Source: Tricharina praecox
Taxonomy: Eukaryota
DNA length: 64,000 bases
Direction: 5' to 3'
Assembly: GCF_024521635.1 (NCBI RefSeq)
Contig: NW_026250431.1
Location: 310,001 to 374,000, forward strand
In this document: positions 52,943-64,000 of the stretch, one piece after another
How the letters are laid out: each line of letters starts with the position of its first letter
Position numbering within the stretch: the first letter of the stretch is position 1
The notes under the pieces: generated by a model
What the model saw: only the letters and a program-made list of their open reading frames with translations
Databases searched by the model: none
Told to the model about the DNA's origin: nothing
Made by a program: the position numbers and the translations under genes

Positions 52943-53454
52943 GAAGAGAAAGGAAGGGGATGGAAAGGCGGAAAACTGGGATATGAGAAGAGTCAGGTAG
53001 TAGATACTGAATGAAATCTTCGCTCGTTGTTGTAGTCGATTTTTTTTTGGGAGCGTGTGGCGTGGTTGGAGGCATATCCACTTACTGACCGGTGCCCTTA
53101 ATCGTGATTTATGACGGATTCCACATGCTCCTACAAACCAAACAACCAACCAAATGATTCCCATGCCGCAGTCGTTTTCATCTGGTAGGTAGTGGTGCTT
53201 TTTGTTTTTTCTTTCGGCATCACTCGAAGCGCTGTTTGAGTCATGTTATCTCACTCGCTTCTTCTTGTCCTCTTTAATTTCAAGGCGATGAAAGATCAAG
53301 ATGATACTCCTGCTACTAACTAGTATGAATGGGAAATTATTTGCTGGGCCAGCAACTGGTACGAGAAAGCTGACCGTGTCAGAAAGCAACACCACCTTGT
53401 AGTGATGAATCATGAGTGGCAGTCACGTCCCATCACTAGTGGTAAAGTACGGCG

Positions 53455-53625
53455 GTTGGATCTCTTGATGCTCTCCAGAGCTTCAATACTGTCAGTACAT
53501 AGGGAATTCCGGTGATCGGTAAGAATCATCTTGCACTCCGTGAAAAAGCCGTTCAACTTCAGCCGACATTGCTGGGATGGACAGAGTGTCAAGCGCCATT
53601 CGGCTCAGGACGGCGATACCCCGAG
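53455..53625 (-). mobile_element. hAT transposase C-terminal dimerisation-domain fragment
   Basis: LSRMALDTLSIPAMSAEVERLF (frameshift) TECKMILTDHRNSLCTDSIEALESIK fits the hAT dimerisation consensus. Confidence 0.8.
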
Positions 53626-53731
53626 GAGCCTGCAAGATGCTGCAGCATAATCAACACGAGCGTTGCCCCGAGCACTACAAATGCATCCTCTCCCCGCCCT
53701 CGAAACCACGACCACCACCGCTCACTGAACT

Positions 53732-54109
53732 ATGGAACCTCGATCCAGCTTCCCAGTGCCTCCCGAGATCACGCTCGAGATCATCGATGCCCTTCCGGGA
53801 ATCCACGAGTATATAGATCTCCGGGGCACCTCACGGACGATCCGAGCAATCTGCAACTTGGTCTCACTGGCCGCTCTACGCCGGTTGCTGCTGAAGAGCG
53901 TGCTGAGAGCTCGATCGCGGCGACGCGGAGAGACTGCTTTCTTGGAATGGCTGGCCCGGCTGTGCCTACGGTTGGGAAGGGCCGGGTTCCTGTCGGGAAA
54001 TAATAAGCAACGGAAGTTTTGCGCGGTGCTGGGTAGGGAGATCGATCAGGCGCTTTGGCTGCAGTTACGCGGGAGGTATGAGGATATCATATTGATGCAT
54101 GATTGGTGA
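53732..54109 (+). CDS. Small F-box-like protein
   Basis: FPVPPEITLEIIDALPGIHEYIDLRGTSRTIRAICN at the N-terminus of a 125-aa ORF. Confidence 0.55.
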   Translation: MEPRSSFPVPPEITLEIIDALPGIHEYIDLRGTSRTIRAICNLVSLAALRRLLLKSVLRARSRRRGETAFLEWLARLCLRLGRAGFLSGNNKQRKFCAVLGREIDQALWLQLRGRYEDIILMHDW

Positions 54110-55529
54110 TTGCGAGATACCCCTATAGAATAGTTAGCTAGCTTCAATGACTCAGTGAAGGTTTCCACCGTGTGTCTCCGCGTACATCTTGACTGTTCGG
54201 TCTCACGTCATCTTGACTCTCCTACCCCACTTCGCCTTGAATCTTCTGCAGCCCAGACCCTCCAACAGTTAGTTAACTGGCTGAAATAGGAACACTGGTT
54301 GAAACAGTTCAGTTCTGGATGGTTTCGTTGCCAGTTCAGTTGGGAACGGAGGCCGTCAGTTCGCAGTTGGTTTAGGTGAGTAGCACAGTTGTTCCCGGGA
54401 AAACGGGCTGAACTGCCAGTGTGACGGATGGACTGCCAGTGCAGCTACATCAGCGGCTTTGGTGTAGTGCAACTCAAGTTCCGTGGATGATGATCTCTCG
54501 CTGCCGCCACCGACTCACCGTGGCACTGCCGCCACGCAAGTCCGACTCCGCGGTAAAAGCAAAGGAAACAATGAATTAGTTAGTACAAAGCCTCTAAAAC
54601 AAATCCCGTAAGCCGTAACCACACCCTTCGTAGCCATTCCTGCCCTCGGCCAGCCATCCGAACCCGCCATTCACGCCCTCTCTTCCTACTGGACAAAGAA
54701 AACGATGGTAGATACCCAGATCCATCTCGATGCAACTGTCTCAGCCCCGCTGGGCACACTGCCTCTCCCACTTTCGCAGTCCGTAGTATTAGTACTCTCC
54801 AACGTCTCTCAAACCCTCTCCAGGCGGAGTACCGAGTCGTGTCCGTCAAGGAGAATCATTTCTCGAAAGCTTCAGCCGAGGGGTCACCGGAATGGCAGGT
54901 GCTGCCACTTTCGTGTCGGTATTCCAGTGCCACAGCTGGATTCTCTCGTTTGGTGGCCGTGCTGTGCTGTATTTCCACAACGCCGGTAGACTTCGATACA
55001 CGGTAGCCAACAAGGTCGGAATATCCTTCACCCCCTTCCATATCCAGCCCTCCTTCACTAGGCCCACCAATACCTCGCTGTCCGAGTACGCACTGAGCGG
55101 TGAGATGAACCATTTGTATAGGCTGCCAACCGCCAATTCCGGAATCCGTTTCCACATGCATAGGGATCACGGAGGACAAGTAAGAAGTACTGACATGGCA
55201 GGAAGTTGCTGATACTTATGTGGAGCCTTCGGGAATACCCACGAACGTCAAGCACTGAGTTATCTGTACTCTACACGTCATCAAAGAGGCAGCGACATCT
55301 GGCACCGAGTGACTAAGCATGATGCACAGTATGTGTTTTCTCTATCCTCCCTTCCGCACCTAAGCAAACCGAATCCCGCTCTCCCGCTTCCCCGCTCTCC
55401 CAGGCCTCCACTCCAGCATCTTCGCACACAATCAACACTCCCCCTTGCCAAGGTGCTCGTCCAGCGTCTCCTCCTATGGGACCCCGTTCGCGGTAAGAGC
55501 GTGCCCATTCATGACTGTGCCGCTCGCTC

Positions 55530-55985
55530 GAGTAAGTACTAAGGGTCGGTGCTGGCAGGACTTTTGTCAGCAAATCAGCCTCGTTGTGCTTGCCCGCTCT
55601 CCACTCAAATTTCAATTGTTAGCTCCCCCAGCTCTAGCTGTTGCCGAATGTAGTGTTAGTTATCGCTGGTTGTTAGGTATGCTTTATCTTCTTGTGAAAC
55701 CCCGGGGTTTCACTGGGCTTTCCGGCTCTCCATCTTTATCCGTGATGATAGCTGGTGTGGTGACCTCCCCGAGCTCTGAAAGAAGCTTTTCGTCCAAACA
55801 CCATGCTGGGCCCGGCAGAGAGAGCAATGGACCCGATCTGCCTCAGTAGTAGAGAGAGTAACTACCGGCTGCCGCTGAGAGATCCAACCTACAGCGGCGT
55901 CGCCAACACAGGTGAGAGATCCTATCTGGAATCGGCCTCCTTCGTCTCCCCCATAGCCCGCATCCACCCAGAATCCCAGATAGTC
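55530..55985 (-). mobile_element. Ty1/Copia RNase H remnant
   Basis: DAGYGGD...AVGWISQRQPVVTLSTTEA and NEADLLTKVL match Copia RNase H motifs; the frame is broken. Confidence 0.75.
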
Positions 55986-57469
55986 AGGTTGCTATCAGGA
56001 GAGGTAGCTGGTTAACTTGGTGCCTTTGTGGACTTACCTTTTTGGCAAGCGGTGCACTATGACTTGACATTCCATAGAGCTGGGGGTGCCTCCGGCACAG
56101 GTCTGAATGCGGAAAAGGGGAGATGTCTGTACCTTATGTGCCAATCTTGCGCATACAGGGCAGTTGCAGCAAGCACCACCTCTTATGATCCGTAGATCAT
56201 GTGCTTGCCATTAACGAGAGTGATTTTCAGTACTGTATCACCATGGTGATCTAGCCGGGGCTCCTCGTCATGCATAGTTAAAAGTGGTGGTGGTGAGGGG
56301 GGGAACTCCGGTATCGATAAGGGGTTTTTTTAACCTTCGGGTTTTATCCTCTATAACAAAATAACATTATGTCCCTGGCCTCTGTGCGAGGGAACAAAGT
56401 TATTTGTTGGCAAATGGACACGGTGGCAGTGGATAGATATCTCGTGGTTGAGAGAACGAGAGGTAGTGTTGTCGGACCGAGCTCCGCTTGTGCTGCTCTT
56501 CCGGCTACCTGAGTAATAGATAATCGAATATCTGTTCGCCAGGATGTCCGGCAGCACATACTGAAACTATCATCGAGGCACAGATGGCTAGATAAATGAC
56601 TACGACTACGACTGATATCCTGAGGGCCACCGTTTCCGTTTCCGTTTCCGCTGACTACGATGTGCCCGCTGCTTGATGCTGGAATCAATCATATGTACAT
56701 TCAACAATGCGTGATCACTCCACCATCCCAACTCCAGAGACCATCCGGCCGTGTGCCTTACCCCCTCCCTCTCCCCCTGCCCCCTCAGGCCGAAGAATTT
56801 GAGAATACAAGGACATGCAAACTCGCTCGGTAGCCCTCCGGGCTTGCTCCTGCCCAGCCGTGGCCAATCAGTATCCGAAAAAGCCAATGATCGATACTCC
56901 CCACCTGTTCATCTCCCAAACATGTCCATCTCCCAAATTCCGCAGCGGTGCTCAAACTATGCAATGACATGCTGAAATTCCACCTCTACTTCACGGGGCC
57001 TTAAGGGACAATCTGACAGCCCGGAACATCCACTCGACAAGACTGGTAAGTACGGTGTTCCGTTTTCCTTCAGTAACCCGCACTCGGCCATCCAGATCGT
57101 CGTAAGGTATCTACACCCTTTCCAGTCACATCCTAGCTCTGCTAGTCCGCCCCAAATGGACAGGAATTGGGGCATCCTCTTCCGTGTCTCTCCTAGAGTA
57201 CACTCAGCGGGCGATGTTGTGAGGGAAATCTCTCGTATTCTTCGTTTAGATCTGTAGACTGATGCCATGATCTCTCTTTCCTCCTAATATCTTCCCGAAA
57301 CATCCCCTCGACGGTCAGAGCGGGTACACTCGCTGGACCATCCTCCTACACTTCCTGTTTCCAGGAAGGCCCATCGTTGCTGCCCCGATTTCTCCGTCGC
57401 CCCGCTCCGATCAGCCCGGTCGAGCGCTCTGTCAGAGTAGACGACTCGACGCCCATCCTTTTTCCTCGC

Positions 57470-57780
57470 AAGGACTTTCCTGCCGATATCCGTGCTCACG
57501 ATGAAGTCGACAGCTGAATATGTCGTCCGCAAAATATCCGGATATCTGGACCTCGACCTCACCCGCTTCTTTGTCATGAATCATTAGCCACGCCTCCGCC
57601 CACAGGATTTGCTGCTTCCACTTACAAGTTACACACCCCGTAGTTCTTGAGCAGGTGCTCACTGGTTTGCTTGCCGCCCCTCATTCGCACCTCTGCTCCC
57701 CCTGATCTCCCTGATCTTGACAGATACCTACCGTGTTTTCAGGGGATGTCCCACCTTTGGTTGACGCACCGGGACGCTCC
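57470..57780 (-). mobile_element. LINE (Tad1-like) ORF2 C-terminal remnant
   Basis: Fragments across frames: QPKVGH, GRYLSRSG, QTSEHLLKN, KWKQQILWAEA, AVDFIVSTDIGRK. Confidence 0.55.
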
Positions 57781-60654
57781 GATTTGCTCGCTTTGGCTAT
57801 GGTATGAATCGTTTCCGACGCCATGCAACCGGTAGAGAAACAGTGTCGTCTCGATCTGATCCTGTCTTCACGCTCGGTCAGCCTACTAAAACCATCTCGA
57901 GCTGCGTACCGAAGGTGTGGCGGCTATGGTGACGGAGGGAGGGACGTGGGCAGAATGAAATAACCGGTATTGATTGGAATGTGAAGGATATGGCGCAAGA
58001 GCCTCTCCAAGAGCTCTCCAGTTGTCGCACTCGCCCAGCCACAATCACCATCTCGAGCTCCATGCCGAATGCATAGCATCTATCTTCATTGCGGGAAGAG
58101 GTCGGGGCGGAGGGCAGGGAAAGCCACGTCACATCGGGCCGCCTGAGAAAGTCGGGTTGTATAGTGACGTGGAACCGGAGTGTGTACATATATTGTCATG
58201 ATCTACTTAGGTCGCAAGCAATTACTGATTCAACAAAAACAAAACCGAAGGCATAGCAAATATTTTCACAGAGGAAAGTAGGTAGAATGAAGTAGCTTAT
58301 TAGCTTGTATTCACTAGAAAGTAAAGCATAGTACACATCAAACATGTAGACAGATAAATAGACAAATCGCTCCAAAACCATCCGTGCCAACAATGTATCG
58401 TACAAACTACCGGTTGACCCTACACAGGTACCAGCCATACTCTGCAGATAATATCCGCAGCTCTGGCTTCATCGTCGAAAGTGTCCCGGCAAGCCATCAG
58501 CTTCTTGTGGTCATTACCGCAAAGTAGCCAAACCGAGCATCCTCGATCTGAATGATCGGTTGGTGAGCATTCAGTTGGAATTCATTGTTCGCGTAAGAGC
58601 GAAGAAACACCCGTATGCTGGTGATGAGACGTGTGTACGCAAGGTGGTAACGGGAGACTATGAAGCGCTTCTGTAACGGCTGGACCCCACCCGTCATGAA
58701 ATGAACGTTGAAGACCAAAAGCCGTCGCGGTCTACCAATTGGGTTCGGATCGTGGTGGTTTCGATGCTGGGGATACCCCGCAGTCCACAGTGTTCGCGGT
58801 GGCCGACTTGAACCGAATTCGGTCGAAGACGGCGATGTGGCCGACTTAAACTGGATACGATCCAAGACGGCCAAATGGCCGCGTAGAACTGGATCCAATC
58901 AAAGCCGGCCACATCGCCGACTTGAACTGAATGTGATCCAAGACGGCGATGTATGCGGCTCCCCCTGGAGGGTAAGCCGCTAGGTCGTGAGCTGCGGCGG
59001 AGGGATGCCGACCACTGCAGTATCGTTAGCTAAGGCATGGTATTCGGAGGCTTGTCTCTCTCACGTTTGCTCTTCGGCCTTTCTCTAGACCGTATAGTCT
59101 AATTTCATTCTCTTCTTTCTTTCTTGTCGAAACCGGCATTGTTGGGCGTTTCCGCCGTCTCGGAGGACATCGAACTCCTCCGTGATGATGGTGAATATCT
59201 CCTGAGCTATGTCAACGACCACGTCCAGAACGGTGAATCGAGTTTTGACTTACATCCACCGACGGGCCGAAATCCGTCAAGAGCTCTCACTCTCGTAAGT
59301 GTCACCGTCCCGGACCGGGTTATTCGCAGTAGGTTGCGGTAGGGTTTGTTGTGTGTAGGCAAGAAGCCATCCTACAAGAGGAGGAACAAGAAAGGAAGTT
59401 TCTCTACATCCAGAAATATTAGTCCGGGATTCTCGCACGACTTTATAGTAGTGAACTTACTCAGAGTGGGACACTTGGTGTGTTTGTATGTTGGGTGTTG
59501 TGTGTAGGAAAGAAGGAGGTATGTTAAGAGAAGGAAGAACAACAGACAAAGGAACCTCGAAACTGCCAAGACCGCACACACCGAGACTGCCAAGATCCCC
59601 ACCACACTAAACTCCCGCTAGTGGGCGGGATAAACCCCGCACTCTTTCCCCACAAGGACTAGGAGGCGGGTCGCGATAATCGAGAAAGGCATGAATTGAT
59701 TTTGGGTATGTACTCTATGTAGCAGAGAGATGTTGGTAAGGAAATACGCCTTCGCATTATTCTCTCTTGCTCCCCACGATGCTCCTATTCTCCACATCTC
59801 CCTCGGTTTGCCACGTAATTCGTGATGAGAGTGCACGCAAAGATTTCTACCTGTCCTTCCAAGTCTATCCGACAAGCTCTGAGCCTAAGCGACGGCGCAT
59901 GCACAGAGCAACTGCTTGCTGCCGTGGACATTGAAGCCACATTGCACTCGTCTGCATGTCTCGGAACTTGGGATACACGTACTGCCAAGCTGCGATTCAG
60001 CAGAGCAAGTACTTGCTTTGTTGGCTGCACATTCCGCTCATAGCATCGCATCCAATGCCGAGATCCACATCAGCACGACTCGGGTAAAATCCATCGCGGG
60101 GCGGCACTTTACCGAATTGACTGGTCACTTTGGGGGGCAGTCCATCCGTGACGTCTCGCGTTTGGTCCAGGAACAGCGAGGACCTGTCTCCTGTCTCTAC
60201 CAATGCCAAACAACTCATATGCTTTACCGATAGATACATATGCAGGGACTGTGTAATCATGAAGGAATCTCCCAATCACGGGGCACAACCTCGGTGAGTG
60301 CTGCGAGCCCGGTATGTAAGTTATCTACTATTCCACTCAATGCCTGCAGCCCACGAATCACAGCCATCCATCATCGGCCTGGACGGAACTCAGCCTGCTG
60401 TCTTACATGATCCTGCGGCACATGGTATCCACATCCACCATTCTCTCCACCACCACCGCTTCTCCATCGGCAAATCCCCGGAAAATCTGCAGGGTTAGTG
60501 GCTGTGGCGGGTATCCAAGGGCCTGGGGGGGAGGGGGAGGGGGGGAAGTGATGAGAGATATCTACTCGTCTAGATGGCACGTTCAACGTCCATTTATTCC
60601 TAGTTCTAGCTCCGACCTTTCCCCGCCAAACCTCCGCACACGAGTAGAGTAACC

Positions 60655-61714
60655 ATGACGTCCGACTCCACCCAGCCCACGACCGCGCCCGCGACCACGA
60701 ACGGTACCGCGACCACGAACGGAACCGCTACCATCATGAGCAACGGTGTCAAGTCCACCACACCGACGACCACCACGACGACGACGATACCGCAATCCAA
60801 GACTCCAGGGCTACGGCCGCAGGATGTGTCCGCACCATCTCTCCCTGAAGTGTGCGCGCGCCTCAACGACCAGATCACAAGGTTTCTCGTCAAACCGCCG
60901 CGCACGGAGCTGGTAGCACGGGTGCAGGAACAGACACGGATATCACTGGACGTGGTGCGGCGGGCATTGTCAGACTACACGTACCTCCCCTCCTCCTCCC
61001 TCTCCCCCGCTGTACCTTTGCTCCCCAGCTAACTTCCTGGCAGCTTCGACGAGCTAGCGATCTCCTTCAACGGGGGCAAGGACTGCCTAGTCCTTCTACT
61101 ATTGTTCCTCTCGTGCCTATCCCCACCGACCATCACCCCCCGCTCCACGATCGCGAGCGTATACGTGATGTCCTCGCACCCCTTCGTGGAAGTCGACGAC
61201 TTCGTGGACGTGTGCATCCGGTCATACGCGCTGGACTTGCACCGCTACGCGCTGCCCATGAAATCTGCGTTCGCCACGTACCTCCGCGAGAACCCGCGCG
61301 TAAAGGCCGTCTTTGTCGGCACCAGACGTACAGACCCCCATGGGGAATTCCTGAACCACTTTGATCGCACAGATCATGGTTGGCCCGATTTCATGCGTGT
61401 GCAGCCCGTCATCGATTGGCATTATCAGGAGGTTTGGGCTGTAAGTTACCCCGGAAATAGAGAGAGAGAGGGAGTGAACGAATGTATTGGGGTTGGGGCT
61501 GACGCCGGATGCATAGTTCCTGAGAGAGCTCGAGGTGCCGTACTGCTGTCTCTACGACATGGGGTACACCAGTCTCGGCGGCACGACCGACACGCATCCG
61601 AACCCGGTGCTGCAGTTGCCGGCGGCGGAAGAGGGGGAGGGTGCGAAACCGCGGTTCCGGCCGGCGTACGAGCTGGTCGAGGATCTGCAGGAGCGGTTGG
61701 GTCGGGATCGGTGA
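60655..61714 (+). CDS. FAD1: FAD synthetase (FMN adenylyltransferase, PAPS-reductase fold), 3 exons
   Basis: AISFNGGKDCLVLL, FVGTRRTDPHG, TDHGWPDFMRV.PVIDWHY, YCCLYDMGYTSLGG; introns 60981-61043 and 61441-61516. Confidence 0.95.
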
Positions 61715-61844
61715 GCGGTGAGCGGTGAGCGCTGCGTAAGGATAGATGGATGGATGGATGTACGATGGCTGGGCGGGTGTATCGCGGGTTTTCACGTGGT
61801 TTGTATAATGAGCCTGCATTTGGCATGACTAGAGTTGAAGTGTC

Positions 61845-61895
61845 GCTTTTGCTTTTGCTTTTGCTTTTGCTTTTGCTTTGCTTTGCTTTTGCTTT
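61845..61895. repeat. (CTTTTG)n/(CTTTG)n microsatellite downstream of FAD1
   Basis: Directly visible. Confidence 0.9.
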
Positions 61896-62291
61896 TTCCA
61901 AGGGCTAGATAGTTGGGGACTTCTGTTCCCTATGATGTTGTCATCACCTGGGTACCTATAAATCAACGATTTGGACGGACAATAGGCGAATGAGCAAGTC
62001 GGACGTGGTGACTCCGGAGTCACATGCGAATCGCATCGTACCCTCCATTAAAGCATCAAATACATTAGGCAGATGAGCAAGTCAGTTGTGCGGACTCCGG
62101 AGTAGCAAGCAAATAGTATCCTACCCTCCATTAAAGCATTAAAATACACGTCGCCCTCTTGCAGCCACCCAATGCTCCCACTATTCGTCGGCACGGCGCG
62201 CGTGTTCAATCTAAGTCTGAACGACCGAAGGAGAGGTATAGGTAGAATTTGAACGAAAAAAACAACAAATAAACAGAACACAACGCAACGA

Positions 62292-63961
62292 TTATAGCTC
62301 ATCCTTCTTGCTGTGGGCGATATCGTCCGCCGCAGCGACCACCTTCTTCAACAGCTCCTCGCGGATCTCGTCCTCGTCCACCACGTTACCGCCATCGAAC
62401 GGATCAGTGACGGCGCCGCTCTTCATCCCCTCGATGAGCGCGTCCACATCCGACTCCTTGACCGTCCCCGCCGTCGTGGCGGTCGTGGTGTGCGTGTGCC
62501 CGCCCATCCCCGGAATCGGCGGCAACATGTCGCTGATGCCCTGCAGCCCCGTGAGGCCTCCGCGGGCAACGAATACCATCTGCAGCAGGGCGGCGAAGAC
62601 GACGACGGCGATCAAGCTGAGCAGCACGGAGATGGCCGTCTGTCTCAGCACGGCGCCTGACCGCAGCAGCGTGTACCCGCGGCCCTTCCCCGAGTCGATC
62701 AGCGGCAGGGTATGCACCACGACGGTGTTGCCGATGCTAGTAGTAGCCACGCGTATGACGTGTTGCTGCGGGGCCTGCGGCGTCTCCTCGTCTTCGGCGT
62801 CGTGCGTGACTACTGGAGGCTCCGGCGCCGGGGAAAATACCACTTTCGAGATCTGGAAGGGGTGTAGGTCTTTGAACACGTGGGCGGTGTGTAGCCGTGC
62901 GGCGTCTTCGGCGACGAGGATTTCGACGCTCTGGTCTGCGCCTGCAACGGCGATGGCGCCCTCGCCGCCGGTGGGAGAGAGCGATACCACGTCCAGACTC
63001 GTCACCGCGCCGACCCCCTTGTGGAGTTTCCTGCGTGCCACGATTCCGCCGCTGGTGGCATCGAGGAGGAGGATTTCTGAGCCGCTGCGCTGCGGGGCGT
63101 TGATGACGGCTACCATACGCTCGCGGCTAAGGAACCGGATCGCCCGCAGAGTCCCCGGGATCGCCGGCGTGGTCTGGAAGTTGAGTTTCTTAGGTGTAGA
63201 TGCTCCGGATCCGGCGGTGGTAAAGATCTCCTTCGACGTGCAGTAGACAAGTGTGCCATCCTCGGCCAGATCCAGATCCGCCACCTCGGTCTCTGTGGAG
63301 ATCCGGCGCTTCACCGCGAAATCGTCGGTAGAAACAACGACGACTTCGAACCCGCTCTTCCCGCCTCCACTCGCCGCCGCCGCTAGTGACCCCCGAGTCC
63401 GCAGCACGCGTTGGTAAACATCCGTCGTCGTCGGCGTAAACAGCTGCCCCCTCGAGACGGGCGAGATGGCGTTATCGCTCCCGGCGGCAACAGAGAATAC
63501 ACGGAAGTGTTCGTTCGTGCCCTCGCGCTGCTGAGCCTCGGAGCTATTGATGCCAGCGAGCAGCAGCGGCTGCGCGGTCTTTCCTTTCGACTTCTTCTTC
63601 GAGATCGGAGCTCTCGCGACGACCAGGGTCATGCACGAGTCCTCAGACGCGCTCAAGTCGTGCTGCGAGAGCTGCTGGATATTGGTGGTAGTAGCCGACT
63701 GGGCGGCGGTGGATTTCGAGACGTCGAGGAGAGTCTGCGGGCGGGGCGGCGTCAGCGCGTCAGCAATCGTGCAATCGTGCAAGGTCGTCGTCAAGTCAAA
63801 GACGAAAGGAGCACAGCGGAGCAGCGCACGATTCTGTTCCCGACGCCACTACGACCTTCACCACCTCCCCCGCCCACCACCAGGCGGTCCGCATCGAGGA
63901 AGTCCGCGCAGAACAGCGGGTACGTGAGCGTGATCTTTTCGCTTGTGGGTGAGGAGGGCAT
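62292..63961 (-). CDS. SEC12: Sec12-family Sar1 guanine-nucleotide exchange factor (beta-propeller + TM), 2 exons
   Basis: N-terminal YPLFCADF...VVGGGGGEGRSGVGNRI (K-loop); LAGINSS...NEHFRVF; LHPFQISKVVFSP; TM helix; ends KKDEL. Confidence 0.88.
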
Positions 63962-64000
63962 GGCGTATGTGTACGTGTGTATGTGTGCGTATGCGGTAGA

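Noticed and set aside
59610..59665. Hairpin followed by CTAG as a Helitron 3' end
   Set aside because: Stem is short, and no Helitron coding remnant or 5' end is seen
63860..63880. Apparent frameshift in the SEC12 Gly-rich loop
   Set aside because: Recounting the homopolymer shows GGGGGEGRSGVGN is in frame

Overview
Eukaryotic, intron-containing fungal DNA. A filamentous ascomycete, most likely Pezizomycetes/Pezizales, is inferred from intron signals and one lineage-typical gene family. Nine conserved housekeeping genes can be reconstructed with introns: CAB2 (-), SHY1 (+), CENP-T/cnp20 (-), FUM1 (+), GCN5 (-), SDH2 (-), KEX1 (+), FAD1 (+) and SEC12 (-). Between them lie accessory islands with two F-box genes, a coiled-coil orphan gene and a SUKH-like orphan. 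These islands also hold interrupted genes (a DUF6589-type transposase-like relic, a stand-alone BED-like zinc finger, a P-loop ATPase and a trypsin-like serine protease), two small terminal-inverted-repeat elements, and hAT, Copia and LINE fragments. Four observations stand out: (i) a ~1.3 kb inverted duplication of a putatively mitochondria-targeted orphan gene that brackets the divergent SDH2-KEX1 pair; (ii) otherwise open reading frames broken by single in-frame TAG/TAA codons (C-to-T decay/RIP, or stop-codon-restoring A-to-I editing); (iii) a TGT...ACA element with a 4-bp target-site duplication; and (iv) a Sec12 ending in KDEL. All family assignments come from motif recognition by eye; no searches were run.
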